Of a stretch of DNA of 64,000 bases, positions 12,180 through 24,909 are shown piece by piece. The stretch lies in NCBI GenBank assembly GCA_008632985.1, contig QPGO01000060.1:310001-374000 (forward strand), given 5' to 3'. The translations under genes were made by a program, and so were the position numbers. Source of the stretch: Psammoneis japonica. Its lineage: Eukaryota. Within the stretch, counting starts at the first letter, position 1, and each line of letters starts with the position of its first letter. The notes under the pieces were generated by a model, which had not been told where the DNA came from, searched no databases, and saw nothing but the letters and a program-made list of their open reading frames with translations.

Positions 12180-13960
12180 CAGGTGGCCCAACAGTCCATC
12201 CATGCTCAGAAAGCCTTGGATTTTCAGACTGCCAACAAGATGTGGGAGCTGGGCATCCCCAGCAGTGTTGCTTGTGTGGCTGTCCTTGACGAAGGACATG
12301 TGGTGCCCATGCGCCCATGCCGCTGTGCTCACCCCAAGAACCTGGGCAAGATTTTCAGCTTTGGCAAGTCCATTCATGACAACACAGTCATGGGTTTGGC
12401 TCCAAAGAAGCCCAGTCTGTCCAGGCAGGTGGCAAGAGAGAGCTGTGGGACAGCAGCTGTGTGGCTGATGATGCTGCACAAAAAGTGCCCCCAGCGGGGA
12501 GGAGGTTGATGAGCTGCAAAAGAAGTTGGCTGAAAGAGGCACAAAACAGTTTGTTGTTTGCAGCATGAAAAGCACAAGGTGTCCATGGGGTGATGGTGGG
12601 CTGGGTGTGATTTCACCAATGTGTGTGAGTTGGCACAGCTGCAGCAATGGACAATTTGTGGCAGCAAGCTGCTGGCACACACACACAAGAAAACCTCAAA
12701 GCAGTTGATGCTCTGCACATCTCCTCAGCTTGTGCATGTGTGCAACACACATCAAACCACTGCTGCACTGCTCAAATCTCATGAATGAGACATGCTCATT
12801 TTGATGCGCGCAGCCCTGCAAATGCTGCTGTCATTGTTTGCTGTGCTGCCAAAAGGCTTTCATGGGTGTGCTCATTGCAAAAAAAAACAATCTCAAATGG
12901 GACGTCATCACACATTGGCTCCATTGCCCACCCACCAGGCTTTCATGCAAAACAGGTGTGTCAGCAAACTCCAACAAAATGAGCAACCCACAATGCAGCA
13001 GCTGAGAATCAGCGCCAAAATGACAGAAACATTGTTGGCTTGTCACAGCCAACAGCTTTTTTTTCAAGCTGCAAGGTTGTGTTCTGTGCTGCAGTTTTCA
13101 ATTTGGGCATGGCAGCAGTTTTCACCAGAGCAGTCTGTCATGTGACAGGACAGCCCAAGGGTTGTCTCTGGGGATGGCTCTGATGGATTTTGCTTGCAAG
13201 TGCGGGCTTTGAGACTTGTGATCAAAATGAGCAAACTGTTTGGCTCAGCAAGAGACAAAACACAGCAGAGTCAGCTGCTTGTGTTGGGCACTTCAAAAGA
13301 ATTGATTGTTGCGTTTCTTTGCAAGTTTGATGCTTGTTGTTGTTCTGACCAAAAGGCCCTGCAAGCGCCCTCTCTTCTCAGAAAGAAGGCGGCAGAACTT
13401 CGTTGAACATTTGTCCTTTTTCTTGTTCAAATTTCAGCTGCACAACAAAAACCTGCAAAGAACATGTGGTTTCAACACAAACAGAAAAGAGCATGCAATG
13501 AAGCAGCATTGCCAAGTTGTCATCTGTGTGTTGCGGCATTTTGCGACCGTGAGCATGGTGACGACACTGTGCTGCTCCCAGAGTGCCTGGGTGGCTCCAG
13601 TCAAGCCATTTCAATGGCTTGAAATGGTTTGACTGATTGCAGACAAGCACTGCCCATTTGGGTGTGACGGCAGAGGATGGCTGGACTTTGGCGTGCAAAA
13701 TTGAGCATGATGTTGCAAGTGCCAGTCCTGTGTGAAGGCTGCCTGACTTTAACTTTCCACTTTTTTCGGACTGGGCACAAATGACACTTTTGTGGCACGA
13801 AAAATTCCGTTGTTGACCCAAACTGGAGAAAAGCATCCACACAGTTTGTGTTGCCACCGGATGCGCAGATGAGCCTTTTGTTGATCATCAATGCATGACT
13901 TGCGTCTGACCGCAAAATGTTTGTGCTCTCTCCAAAATTCCATCATCATCTTTCAGTGTC
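12180..13960. other. Hypermutated domain depleted of TpA and CpG and rich in TG/CA; degenerate sequence of unknown origin
   Basis: Almost no TA and few CG dinucleotides. The six-frame ORFs here are Cys/His-rich and Tyr-free. Sharp compositional change from normal sequence at ~12150. Confidence 0.85.
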
Positions 13961-13964
13961 TCAA

Positions 13965-14772
13965 GGGGTGCCGCGGACTTGTTTTTTCCGCGTTTGTCCT
14001 AAAATTGGCAATGTGTTTGAATGCGTTTGTTCACAATTGTCAACTTTAAATGCAAGAATTGTTCGATCGCCCACGAAAACGAGAACATCAGGCACCACGA
14101 TCGAAGCACGACGATGACGGCAATTGCGCCATCTCTCAAAATTGGCCCAGCAGCACGAGGGACGAAAGCACACAAATCAATCTGCACTGTGTGACGACAA
14201 CAAAACCAATGAGCATCCCTCGTGAGGCGACACTTTGCAACTCACCACTCGTCGCGAACATCATCATTGTCGATCGTGCTTTTGTCGTGTCATTTTCTGT
14301 CGCGACACGTCAAAAACGCGGAAAAACCCGGAAAAGATGTGCGAAAAAAATGAGCCGACGGGCCGCCTTGAGGGGGACCGCCGACCTGTTTTTTCCGCGT
14401 TTGTCCTTAAAATTGGCAATGTGTTTGAATGCGTTTGTTTGCAATTGTCAATTTTAAATGCAAGAGTTGTTCGATCGCCCACGAAAACGAGAACATCAGG
14501 CACCGCGATCGAAGCACGACGATGACGGCAATTGCGCTGTCTCTCAAATTGGCCAGTGGCACGAGGACAAAAGCACGCAAATCAATCTGAACTGCATGAC
14601 GACAATAAAACCAATGAGCATCCCTCGTGAGGTGATGCTTTGCAACTCACCGCTCGTCGCGAACATCATCATTGTCGCTCGTGCTTTTGTCGTGCCATTT
14701 TCTGTCGCAACCCGTCAAAAACGCGTAAAAACCCGGAAAAGACGTGCGAAAAAAAATGAGCCGACGGCCGCC
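13965..14772. mobile_element. Head-to-tail pair of ~402-bp non-autonomous TIR elements in a TTAA site (Kolobok-like GG...CC termini)
   Basis: Copy 1 is 13965-14367 and copy 2 is 14372-14772. Junctions read TCAA (13961-64), TTGA (14368-71) and TTAA (14773-76). Imperfect TIRs: GGGGGACCGCCGACCTGTTTTTT vs AAAAAAATGAGCCGACG(G)GCCGCC. An uninterrupted empty-site copy lies at 14842-14927. Confidence 0.7.
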
Positions 14773-15310
14773 TTAAGAGACCTTTTGCAAATAAACTGCG
14801 CAAGTCTTGAGAAAAAGCAACTGCTGTTGTCCATCCTACGGGTCGTCGTCTTTCAGTGTCTTAAGAGACCTTTTGCAAATAAACTGCGTAAGTCTTGAGA
14901 AAAAGCAACTATTGTCCATCCTACGGGTAAATTGGTATTACAAACAATTAAGAGGGAAAGTCACTTAAACACTATCTTGTAGCATTTCGACGGTCGACGC
15001 CTCTTGCCTTCCCTCAAAGGGTTTCTTCTACACATTGATCGGTACTTCTGTACGCAGGCTCTTTTTTTCAATAGTGAAAATTCAATATCTCTTGTTTTGA
15101 CGTCGACGAACCGCAGGCGAACAAATTTTGTCATGATCAATCCTACAGTACAGTACAGCTCTCACGCATTTGTCTTTTTCACGTCAGCCAGGCTGTACGA
15201 TTTGTACCAGAAAAAATCTGGAGAGGGCGAGCAACTCTGGACGCCAACGCATGAGCAAAGCGTCTCACTTTTTTTGCACAGAGCCATTCGGCAAGCGAGT
15301 GCAAGAAAAG

Positions 15311-16475
15311 ATGAAGTTCTCATTTGTCTCCATCGTTAGTCTTTGGTACTTGTTGTCTGTCAACGGCCATGAGGACAGCCCAAAGTACAACGATTCGCAG
15401 GAAGCTGTCGGCGACAGGCAGTTGTTGGGATATCGTGGAGCGTGCTGCTTCACTTATGGACCTAAAGAGTGTCTCAACCTCAAGCCTTTACAATGCGCGA
15501 GCAAGGGTGGCTATTATTTAGGAAATGGCTCAGAATGTTTGCCCTACTTCCGGTGCCCACCAAAGGACCAATCTAAGCCAAAGCATAAGCCGAAACCTCA
15601 CACTCCGTATTACCCCCAAAGCCTACGCCGAAGCCTCACACTCCTTATTATAAGCCTACGCCGAAGCCTCACAAGCCTCCCACCCCGTATTATAAGCCTA
15701 CGCCGAAGCCTCACAAGCCTCCCACCCCGTATTATAAGCCGAAGCCGAAGCCTCACAAGCCTCAAACCCCGTATTATAAGCCGACGCCGAAGCCCCACAA
15801 GCCTCACACCCCGTATTATAAGCCGAAGCCGACGCCGAAGCCGACGCCTTACCCTACGCCGAAGCCGACGCCCTACCCTACCCCGAAGCCGACGCCCTAC
15901 CCTACGCCGAAGCCGACGCCTTATCCCACCCCGAAGCCGACGCCTTACCCTACCCCGAAGCCGACGCCTTATCCCACCCCGAAGCCAACGCCTTACCCTA
16001 CCCCAAAGCCTTACAAGCCTCACAAGCCGTACTATCCTCCTACCCCAAAGCCTTACAAGCCGTACTATCCTACCCCGAAGCCGAAAGAAGTTCGCGGATC
16101 TTGTTGCTTCGAAGACAAGGGCGAGTGCCTTAATCTACAGCGAGGACCCTGCTTCCGCAAAGGAGGTCACTTTGCTGGTGAAGGCAACCTTTGTAGCAAG
16201 GAGACTTGCCCAGCTGCATATGGAGCTTGCTGCACGTCGAATGATACTTGTATCGATACCAAGAAGAGGTATTGCAAGAGAATTAAAGGAGACTTCGCCG
16301 GTCTTGGCACTTTCTGTAAACCGAACACCTGCCCCCTCGAGCAGGTGGAGCCTGCTGCTTCAAGAAAGGCAAGTGCAAGATGCTAACAAAGTCCAAGTGC
16401 TGGAAGAAGGGAGGAAGGTTCAAGGGCGGTTATTGCAAACCACACACGTGTCCAAAGAAGCCTTACTATTATTAG
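15311..16475 (+). CDS. Secreted extensin-like Pro/Lys/Tyr-rich protein with Cys-rich 'GACC' repeats
   Basis: Signal peptide [19 protein letters not shown]. Four modules begin GACC/GSCC...C...C..KGG..G..C. The central tract is made of [15 protein letters not shown] repeats (~15590-16085). Two frameshifts (~15610, ~16340) are needed; the R/S-rich translation in the ORF track is the wrong frame. Confidence 0.7.
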
Positions 16476-17849
16476 ATGCAGTTGAGACTGCTGGAGATTT
16501 TGTGTTGCCCTTAAGGATACCGTGCATGCATGTTGCACTTTCGGAACGTGCAGCCAATGCCTTCTTGTCGTGATGTGACGAAACGGCTGTTGCTTCTGTG
16601 TGAAAGTGTAAAACATATTAGGTTCGTGTTTTAGTTTGACACGTGGTGTCTTTTGCAATAGTGCATTCTATATACCGGTACTTGTTTGCAACGTTTTGTT
16701 CCAATGTTCCTCGATTCCCATTTTGCGAGCTCAGCTTTGCAAGAAATTGTTTCGGGGAACAGCGTAAGTTCGGATGAGTTGAAGCGCACACTACTTGCAG
16801 AAGGAGTAGGGCCCTAGCTGCAGGGAATCAGCGAGGAGCAAGCAGCGTCGCTTCAGGCAAACTAAGCTCCGTACTATCTCTACCATTTGCTAACAATTTC
16901 TTAGAGAATAAAAGTATGGGGCGCTGCTGAATTCGACGTTGTGGATTCAATTCAACTAGCACACTCTGCTGGATTCTTGCAATGCGATCAAAGAAAGAGC
17001 AACTTTGACAACTTCGGAGGGAAACGGCAAGAGATTGAAAATCGAATCAGCCCAACCGCATGGTTTTTAGAAGCCCGGTGCACAAGCCAACATTGCTGGC
17101 ACCAGCCAGAGGAGTCAAGGACGTAAGTATGGCAAGAGAGAGGGGATTCCCGACCACTAGATTTCGATGGACAACTGCTCATGGCTACAAAATGCTTATT
17201 GCAAACATGAATGTAGGAGAATATAATATGTGCTAGAACCTGACGAGGATCTCTCGACTTGGCTTCCGGATTTCCCGTGGGCCACTATGAGCTTTTGGTA
17301 ATTCTTTCCACGTTTTGGTCGACATCAACGACAAAAGTCATCATGTGCGCTGTAGTCATTCTAAATTTGTTTTCAGAACCTTGGTATCATCGTCGTTGGC
17401 TTGCAGAGCCATGAGGAGGTCCGACAAGCTCTTTTCCGTCTTGGCAATAGCGCCTTGGAGCAAGACAAATTGCGTTTTGAGATCGGCAAGCATTTCTTGC
17501 ACCGTGTCCAAGTGGGGATTTTCGTTTGCAGCCTGTACGGAATCAGTCAGCAAATCCATCAATGGGTCCAGGGGATACTGGTACTCGTCGTTTGTGACAT
17601 CCTTGGCTGTCGCCTTCTTCGTAACTGCAACGGATGGTAAGATGGCTCGTAGTACCCATCGTGGTCAGATCTGATCAAACACGAAAACAGCTTTTTGGAT
17701 GAGAGTGGGGCCAGGTGGAGGGGTGATACGGCTGTTATCTCCGTCACAGCAGTTGTGGATAGGAGCGAACATTTCCCTGCGCCGCTGATGACCAATGCTG
17801 CAACAGTCATCTATCAAAATTCGAGAGAACGGTAGGTGTTTGCAACCGG

Positions 17850-18992
17850 AGTTGCCGCATAGATGATTATGAAGATCGAGTCAAGAAGACGCGCATCGCG
17901 TGTATTCTCGGCTTTCTGTCATACTTGCCAGTTGGGGAAAGGTCTGTGCATGTTGCTTGGACGTTCTGATGAAGTATTGGAACTTCGAGCTGGTGGAGTT
18001 GGAACAGAGCTTCAACAGTGTCTGGAAATGGGTGGACGAATCTTTTCTGGGTTTTGATCGTGAACTGGCCACATGTGTCATGAATGCCTATTGTACGCTT
18101 CCCTTTGGGATAGCACTTGGGCTGAATCTGAATGCCGATGAGCACGCCAATGAGCAACTCTCGCACCTGATGCGAAGTGAAGATCACTTGATGCCTTTGG
18201 CTTTGCACGATTGCGCAAGGGTATCGCTTGGAAGCTTCGCCACATCCACAAATCCTCCGCATTTTGATTGCCTTTATATGGATATCTTGTGTTGGAGATG
18301 GAAGCTCCGGCGCATGCCCGTGGCTCGACGTCTGAAGATGCCGATGACATGGTCTCCCTCCTGGAACAATTGAATGACGCGGGCTTACTGGAACCGGCGC
18401 CCAAACAATTTGTTGAGCAACTTGCGGGCGACCAGCTGGCAAAAAACCAGCTAAAAACTACTGTTGCATAAACCGAATCATTCTGGTTCCCAGAGCCTCA
18501 CCCACCATTGAGCTCAGTCATTCTTCTGTCTTTCCATGTCGTATCGACAAAGCACGAGGCGTGCTACCAGGATAAAGGCAAACTCGTGCTGAAAGGCCGA
18601 AAACTATTGGAACGAATTAGCCTTTTCTTTCGGAGCATCACGCAGGTAACAGCGATGAGATTTGGCGCCCAACGACAAGTCCTCGACACGGCGTTCGTTG
18701 ATGACTCGCTTGAAGGGTCAATGGTGGCAAATCTTGTCTTCGAAGGTGTCTTTGGACCAGAAGCCGGACTATGGTTTTGCTCTCTCATGTGCTCTATGGT
18801 GAAGTTGCGGTTTCTGAACAGAGCGAAAACGCTCTTTTTCGTGGTCTAGCAAGGAGCGAGGAAGGACTTCGAGTTAACGTTCGCTTGGATCCCGGCATTG
18901 CTGCTTCAATTCACGTGGCAACAGACTTATTGAACAAGGTTTACTTGTGCTTGAGTCGGGCACACATCATTGAGCTTTTCCGTGAACAATAA
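17850..18992 (+). pseudogene. Possible degenerate or frameshifted gene of unknown function
   Basis: Successive protein-like ORF fragments (17900-18373, 18268-18471, 18771-18992) in different frames; no recognizable motif. Confidence 0.25.
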
Positions 18993-19678
18993 AGTATAGG
19001 AGCGCGTGCAGTCAGTGAAGTCGATGTGATAAACTTGCATGGATGTTCCTTACCTTCTTCACAGCAATTTCAAATTTGGTAAGAATAAATTAATAAACTG
19101 CACCTGACGAGTTTCGAGATTCGGATGAAAACATTCTAACATGAGCCGCCGTCAGTTCTACTTTGGAGTTAGTTAGCATCGCTGGGGACAAAGGGGAACT
19201 AAAATTCTCTTTATCGGCCCACACTTGTTAGCCGATATATGAAAAATCAATCTTTTGAAGTTCCCATTTCTTTTCTATTCGGATGTGCTTGGATACGCAC
19301 AATTTGTATAAACGTGCCGTTGTGACTTGCCAACAACATTTTGATTCACTGATGGTAATTCAAGGCAGGAGCTGGAGAAGAGGCTTGGTTTCTTTCGTCG
19401 ACGCAGCAGTCAAAGATGGAACCTTTGCTGTGGTCCTTATTGTGGCTAGCCTAACCCGCGTTATATTTATCTCCATTTGCCCGCAAAAAGTGCGGACTAA
19501 TTTTTTTATTGTTGCTGCTATAACTGTTCATCAACACCAGATCGCCTGCATCTACATATTCCGCCATTTCAGACAGAACTGCTACGCAACCAAAGGAGTT
19601 TGTGCCTTTTAGTTGTGATCAAAAGCCCTTTGGAGTAGGTGCCATACTAGCTCCACAAACACTCTTTGAATGATCAAT

Positions 19679-21352
19679 TTACAGAAAAACCTCATTCGTC
19701 CACGTCCCATGAAATCCATACGGCACGTGAGATGGTAATCGAATTGTGGCAAGCGGGCCCTTGGACAGCTTGGCCGCATCCAAAATGACACAATCCGTCG
19801 CATGCTCGTCGGCGTTGTAGACGAGCGACAAGACGTATGCATTCAATTCGTTCATTTCTTTCCAATTACCTTTTGGCACTACAACGGGTTCCATGGCAAA
19901 CCGATTCGGACCAAAGGATGCGCGATCGACGGTATTCTTGTAAAGATCCAACCGTTCGATACAATTGACCAACTCGGATGTGCTTGGGTAAGCACAATTT
20001 GTAAAAACGTGCCGTTGTGACTTGCCAACAACATTTGGATTTACCGATGGCAACTCAAAGGCCGATGCCGAATCTGGTCCGCAATCTTGAACACTCACAT
20101 GTTTGTCCTTGTCAATCACAATGGAACGCAGCCGACATCGTTCTTGGTCTGTAAAGGTTTGAAAGTACATGTTTTTAAAGACATTTTCGACGTTTTCTCG
20201 TGGTCCATTGTGCGCCGCTATTTGAATCTCCAACAAACCATCGTCTTGTTGTAAATCATGGGCATTGACAATGTGATAAAGCGACACATACTCGTCCGTC
20301 GTCACGTCGGCTACCACGGACAAGTCACTGCGTTTCAACACGACAATTCTCGTTTTCAAATCGTCCGCCCAACGAAACCGTGCACCAAGTGGTGGTGTCG
20401 ACAATACCGACAAGAGCAAGTCCTTTCCAACGGCTGCATAGGGCGGAATGACAAACGCCACGTGCTTTTCCGAAATACACATGTCGTGAACAAAACTAAT
20501 GTTGGGCATTTCAATCGTGGTAGTCGCGTCCAACTGAAGAGAGCCATTAGTAGAAGGAACAAACTTGAACGCCTTGAGTTGTGTCAGACTGGGCCATGCC
20601 GACGGTACTCCAAGCCTCAGCCCGCACGTGTACATTTCACCCGTTTCGGGACACTCGACCGGATGTGCTGACGCACAATCTTGGGGCGTTCCAAATTCGT
20701 CGGGTGAATCATAATCATAATAACCCAACGTTTCCAATGTTTTGATATCCATCAAATGCGGCGGTCCACCCTCGGCCAAGGCCAATAAAAGGTGTTTGCC
20801 ATTTTTATCCTTTACGACTCGACAGGACGTATTGCCCGGATTGGTGGGTTTCTTGAACAAATTGGCAAACCACTTTCCATACTTGGCATCCGTCCATGCT
20901 CCACGTTGTGTCATGCCTCCTTCACCATTGCCTTCTTCGTTTTGTATTCGTTCCGTTTGAACATACTTGCCTTGCAGAATTGCTGCTTGATTGCCATTCA
21001 ACGTGAGCTTGACGACATAACCATCCCCATCAAACCAGTGTTTGTAGAGCGAGTTTTTGCCCACGCGGATCCGACCGGGACCATTGCGAAAGAGCGTCCC
21101 ATGCAAGTCCTTGGGGATTTTACCCTGAATGACGTTGCATTCCAATGGTTTTGGGATATCGACCGCCGGCTCGAGACCTCCTTTCCATGGCGATTTTTGA
21201 ATTTCATCCAGCAGAAACGACGGAGTGTCGTCCATGGCTTTTTGGGACGTCCAATACGACGATGCTTCTTTTTGCTTGACTGCAGCAAAGGAATGTGTGC
21301 TGTCAATCAACAGGACCAGCACAAGAATAAAGAGACTATTGAACAAGGCCAT
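19679..21352 (-). CDS. Carotenoid cleavage dioxygenase (RPE65/CCO family), probably plastid-targeted
   Basis: GKIPKDLHGTLFRNGPG, HWFDGDG, iron-ligand histidines in SAHP, FVHD, LYHIVNA and VPYGFHGTW, plus FELP and EPVVVP. Signal peptide MALFNSLFILVLVLLIDSTHS-FAA. Confidence 0.92.
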   Translation of the reverse strand: MALFNSLFILVLVLLIDSTHSFAAVKQKEASSYWTSQKAMDDTPSFLLDEIQKSPWKGGLEPAVDIPKPLECNVIQGKIPKDLHGTLFRNGPGRIRVGKNSLYKHWFDGDGYVVKLTLNGNQAAILQGKYVQTERIQNEEGNGEGGMTQRGAWTDAKYGKWFANLFKKPTNPGNTSCRVVKDKNGKHLLLALAEGGPPHLMDIKTLETLGYYDYDSPDEFGTPQDCASAHPVECPETGEMYTCGLRLGVPSAWPSLTQLKAFKFVPSTNGSLQLDATTTIEMPNISFVHDMCISEKHVAFVIPPYAAVGKDLLLSVLSTPPLGARFRWADDLKTRIVVLKRSDLSVVADVTTDEYVSLYHIVNAHDLQQDDGLLEIQIAAHNGPRENVENVFKNMYFQTFTDQERCRLRSIVIDKDKHVSVQDCGPDSASAFELPSVNPNVVGKSQRHVFTNCAYPSTSELVNCIERLDLYKNTVDRASFGPNRFAMEPVVVPKGNWKEMNELNAYVLSLVYNADEHATDCVILDAAKLSKGPLATIRLPSHVPYGFHGTWTNEVFL

Positions 21353-21783
21353 CCTGTGAAAAAGTAGAATACGAGTTTTGCGAGTGGTGATGCAACTGAT
21401 GCAACTGTAATGACGTTGTGAAGTGCAACGTTCAACGTGCAACGCGACGCTGTGACGTGTTGCTTAGGATTTTGTCATTTTTAGCCTCCTTCGACCTCGT
21501 GCTTGTAAAATATTATTTTATTTAGCGTATATATTTTCAGTACGAGCTTTGATTGGTGGTATCTTTGTAAACTTTCTCTGTCAGCACAACAAAATTTTCT
21601 CTCTTTAGAGCTAAAGACTGAAGAGGCAGATTGATTCAAAGATGCTATCGAACAATGCCATGGGTTTGGGATACTACTAACTAATGATATAATAGTGTGA
21701 TTTTGTTATGTCTGCAATCATGATTAACGAAATCTTTTTTCCGACAAATCAAGCACATGTCAAAACTCGTCTGATTTTTTCTC

Positions 21784-23503
21784 TCAACATTGATAGAGAT
21801 CAGTGTACTTGTTGGTCAAGTAATCAATAAAATACTTTGGGTTGAGTTTTTCGCCCAACTCGGCCTCCAAGTGTTCATCTAAACTTTTGTAGCGGCTTCC
21901 GTGTTTATGGACCTTTTCCGTCAACCACGCCTTTATTTCTTCAAAGTCACCCGCCGCTACCTTTTGGTGAAAGTCTGGAATTTGCTCTTGACAATAATAC
22001 GCCAATTGGGCAGCCGTTGCGGCTCCGAGCAAATACGTGGGAAAGTACCCGTACGCCAACATGGACCAATGCACGTCCTGCAAACATCCCTTGGCATCAC
22101 TGGGTACGTCAATGCCCAAGAGAGACTTCATTTGTTCCTTCCATCGCTGTGGAATGTCCTTGACTTCGAGTTTGCCTTGGACCAAATCACGTTCCATATT
22201 GTATCGCAAAATGATATGCAATGGATACGTCAATTCATCCGCTTCGACACGAATCAAGGAACGCGATGCAGCATTGACGGCACTGTACAATTCATCGGGC
22301 GAATGCGACAAATTCAAAAACGAATTGACCAGCGGCGTGGCATGGTTCCAAAACTCACGACTCAAACCAATGTGACGTTCCCAAAAGAGTGATTGACTCT
22401 CGTGCATGCCCATACTGAGCGCATCGTCAATGGGCAAACCGCTATTGCCTAAATTTTGTTCATACATGGCATGGCCCGCCTCATGGAGAGAACCAGCCAA
22501 TCCTGGTACCATTCGTCCTTGCGAAAACGAGATGTGATTCGAACATCGTGTGGACTAAAACTAATCGAAAAGGGATGGACACTGACATCAATACGACCAT
22601 TCGAGTCGTCAAATCCAATGGCTCGGACCAACGATTTGGACAAGTCTTCTTGAGAAGCAATCTCAAACTCTCCTTTAGGGTCCGTACTGGGAGGTGTCGC
22701 GTTGGGTCCCAATACCCTGTCAATCAAGGGTACCAAGGCTTGTTGGATTTGTTGAAAAATGTCATCAATACGAGCCGGATCCATTCCAACTTCGTATTCA
22801 TCCAACATTGTTGCATAGAGCGACTTGGATTCTTGTTGTTCAAGAGACGTTTGTTGTACCAAGGCAATTTCCTTGGCGACATCAATACAATCCTTGAGCA
22901 AATCTTGAAACATACCAAAGTCGTCCGCTTCACGTGCCTTGGCCCATACATTATACGCCTCGGCCGATAGGGCAGCCTTGCGGGATGCCAATGCCGTGGG
23001 AATGTTTACCTTCTTGTCGTAGGCCTTTTTGGCCAATTCCACGACACGGCGCTTTTCTTCATCATCTTTTGCTTGCACCGTTTCCAAGAGTTGTCCGAGT
23101 TTGGGATCGATTGATTTTTCGTGAATGACGGCCGCAAGTGCCGCTTGTTGTTTTCCTCGTTCGGCCGATGCGGCATCGGTCTGTGGCATGAAGACCATTT
23201 GATCATAATCCAAAACTGCCGCAGCACGAGACAAGTGGTAATTCCTTGTAGCGTCTCGACGAGTTCATCATAGGTTGTCGTTGTCGTTGTTTCGTCTGTA
23301 GCCACGTCATCCGCCGCCGTTGTGGTGGCAGCGGTAGCGCATGTTGCACCTCCGCGACTTGTCGTTGTTGTTGCCATGGTTGGAGCTGCCGACGCGACAA
23401 AAGCAAAAGGGAAGCGTGAAGCAAACGCAAAAGCACAACTGTTGCTTGTCACGGCAGACCAAGTGGTGAAAAAGGCGGCAGTTGCGGCTCGGCTAAACCT
23501 CAT
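21784..23503 (-). CDS. M32 family metallocarboxypeptidase (carboxypeptidase Taq-like)
   Basis: HEAGH zinc motif, VSVHPF, DVRITSR, HESQS, IRVEADE, GCLQDVHW, GYFPTY. Spread over three frames with frameshifts at ~23235 and ~22500. N-terminal targeting peptide. Confidence 0.92.
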
Positions 23504-23784
23504 GGCCGAGAGAGATTGTGTGTCTGTTTTTGCGCAAGTCTTGATTGTGAGTGAGTCAGTGGCCTTGTCCGTTTGTCGTTGTGAACTCCATCACAACGTT
23601 CCCGTCCCGACAACCGCGCGCGTCTCTCGCGGTGCTTCCGCGAGAGCTTGCGCTACCATACGCGCGCTCCTGCCACCTGTCGTCGTTCGTCGTCAGCCGT
23701 CAACAACACCCAAAAAAAGATTCGACCATGATGACACAGCGTCGCATTATTCTTTGTCACAGCAGCCCAACAAATTGTCACATT

Positions 23785-24807
23785 ATGAAAGGAATGGTCT
23801 ACCGCTATGTCTACATATATCTTGTTCTGTTAGTGATAACACCACAATTGAATGCACTGCCACGAAAAAGTATCTTGACAAAAAACCCATCATCATCACG
23901 CTTGTTGCTTCTTTCATCAAGAGGTGGTTCTTCGTCACCACCACCATCGTACAATGATGATTATCCCGGAAATCACCAAGAAACGGTCCAATCCCGTGTC
24001 GATGCATGGCGCCAAGAACAACAAAGCAAGTATGCACACATGACACCGGCACAAGAATCGAATCCTCGTGATGAGGACGGTCGTATCAAATTGTTGGCAA
24101 GTGTCTCACGTGGATCACGAGCCATTATTTTTTTTATATTAATGTGGCGGGATGTACACTTGTACGAAGTAGCCGATCAAGCCTTTGTGGGTTTCAAACG
24201 ATTGTGTTTTGTCACGCCATTGACGATATTGTTTATTGCCAACATGGCGGGCGTGGTGGCGTCCTTTACTGCACCGACCCATTCGGCCAAGAAACGACTC
24301 AAGGCTATTTTGAATCTCAATAAGCTTGTGGAGTTTCTCTTGATTTTGCACAATTTTGTGCGACTCACCTTTTTGCCGTCCAAGTATATTCCAAGAGAGA
24401 TTTATATTGCCAATACGTTGTATTCTGTCTTTATCATTGTTCAGAGTCAAGCCTTTACCAAGGTGAATTGGTGAGTAGAAGTACTGTATTGACGAGAGAT
24501 TGTTGTGCTTTTGTGTAGTTTTGTCTGTTTATTACGTTGGAGCAAATGTTGTTGTTGTGCTAATGTATACAATTGACTCATGTGAACCGAAATTTTTTGT
24601 TTTTTCCATAGGGGAGAGAACACACTCAAGAGCAGCACGCCAACACCACCGGATCCTTATGCCTCGTCGTATGCTGCTGCTCCTCCAGATAGTAGTGACT
24701 TTGGATATGCCGAATCACCACCACAACAACAACAACCACCGTCGTCTCAACAGCAACAATATTATGACGCACGTACTACAACCGCCCAACAAACATATGG
24801 TCGTTAA
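23785..24807 (+). CDS. Hypothetical multi-pass membrane protein, 2 exons
   Basis: Signal-like N-terminus and about 4 hydrophobic segments. Intron 24472-24611 (GTGAGT...ATAG); exon 2 is in frame to TAA at 24805-24807. Confidence 0.7.
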
Positions 24808-24909
24808 AAAAGAATTGAATAAAGAAACACCGGATATGCTTTTCATTGCGTGTTGTATGAATGCAATCATTCTATTATGATTTCTGTATTCCCATCCTGT
24901 AGTATGTCT

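Noticed and set aside
12084..13949. Many overlapping Cys/His-rich ORFs resembling zinc-finger or metallothionein genes (also at 28-32 kb and 34-35 kb)
   Set aside because: An artefact of TA depletion, which removes TAA/TAG stops and converts Tyr codons to Cys/His.
15610..16573. Arg/Ser-rich (SR- or protamine-like) ORFs on both strands
   Set aside because: They are out-of-frame and antisense readings of the PTPKPTPY repeat; the Cys modules on either side define the true frame.
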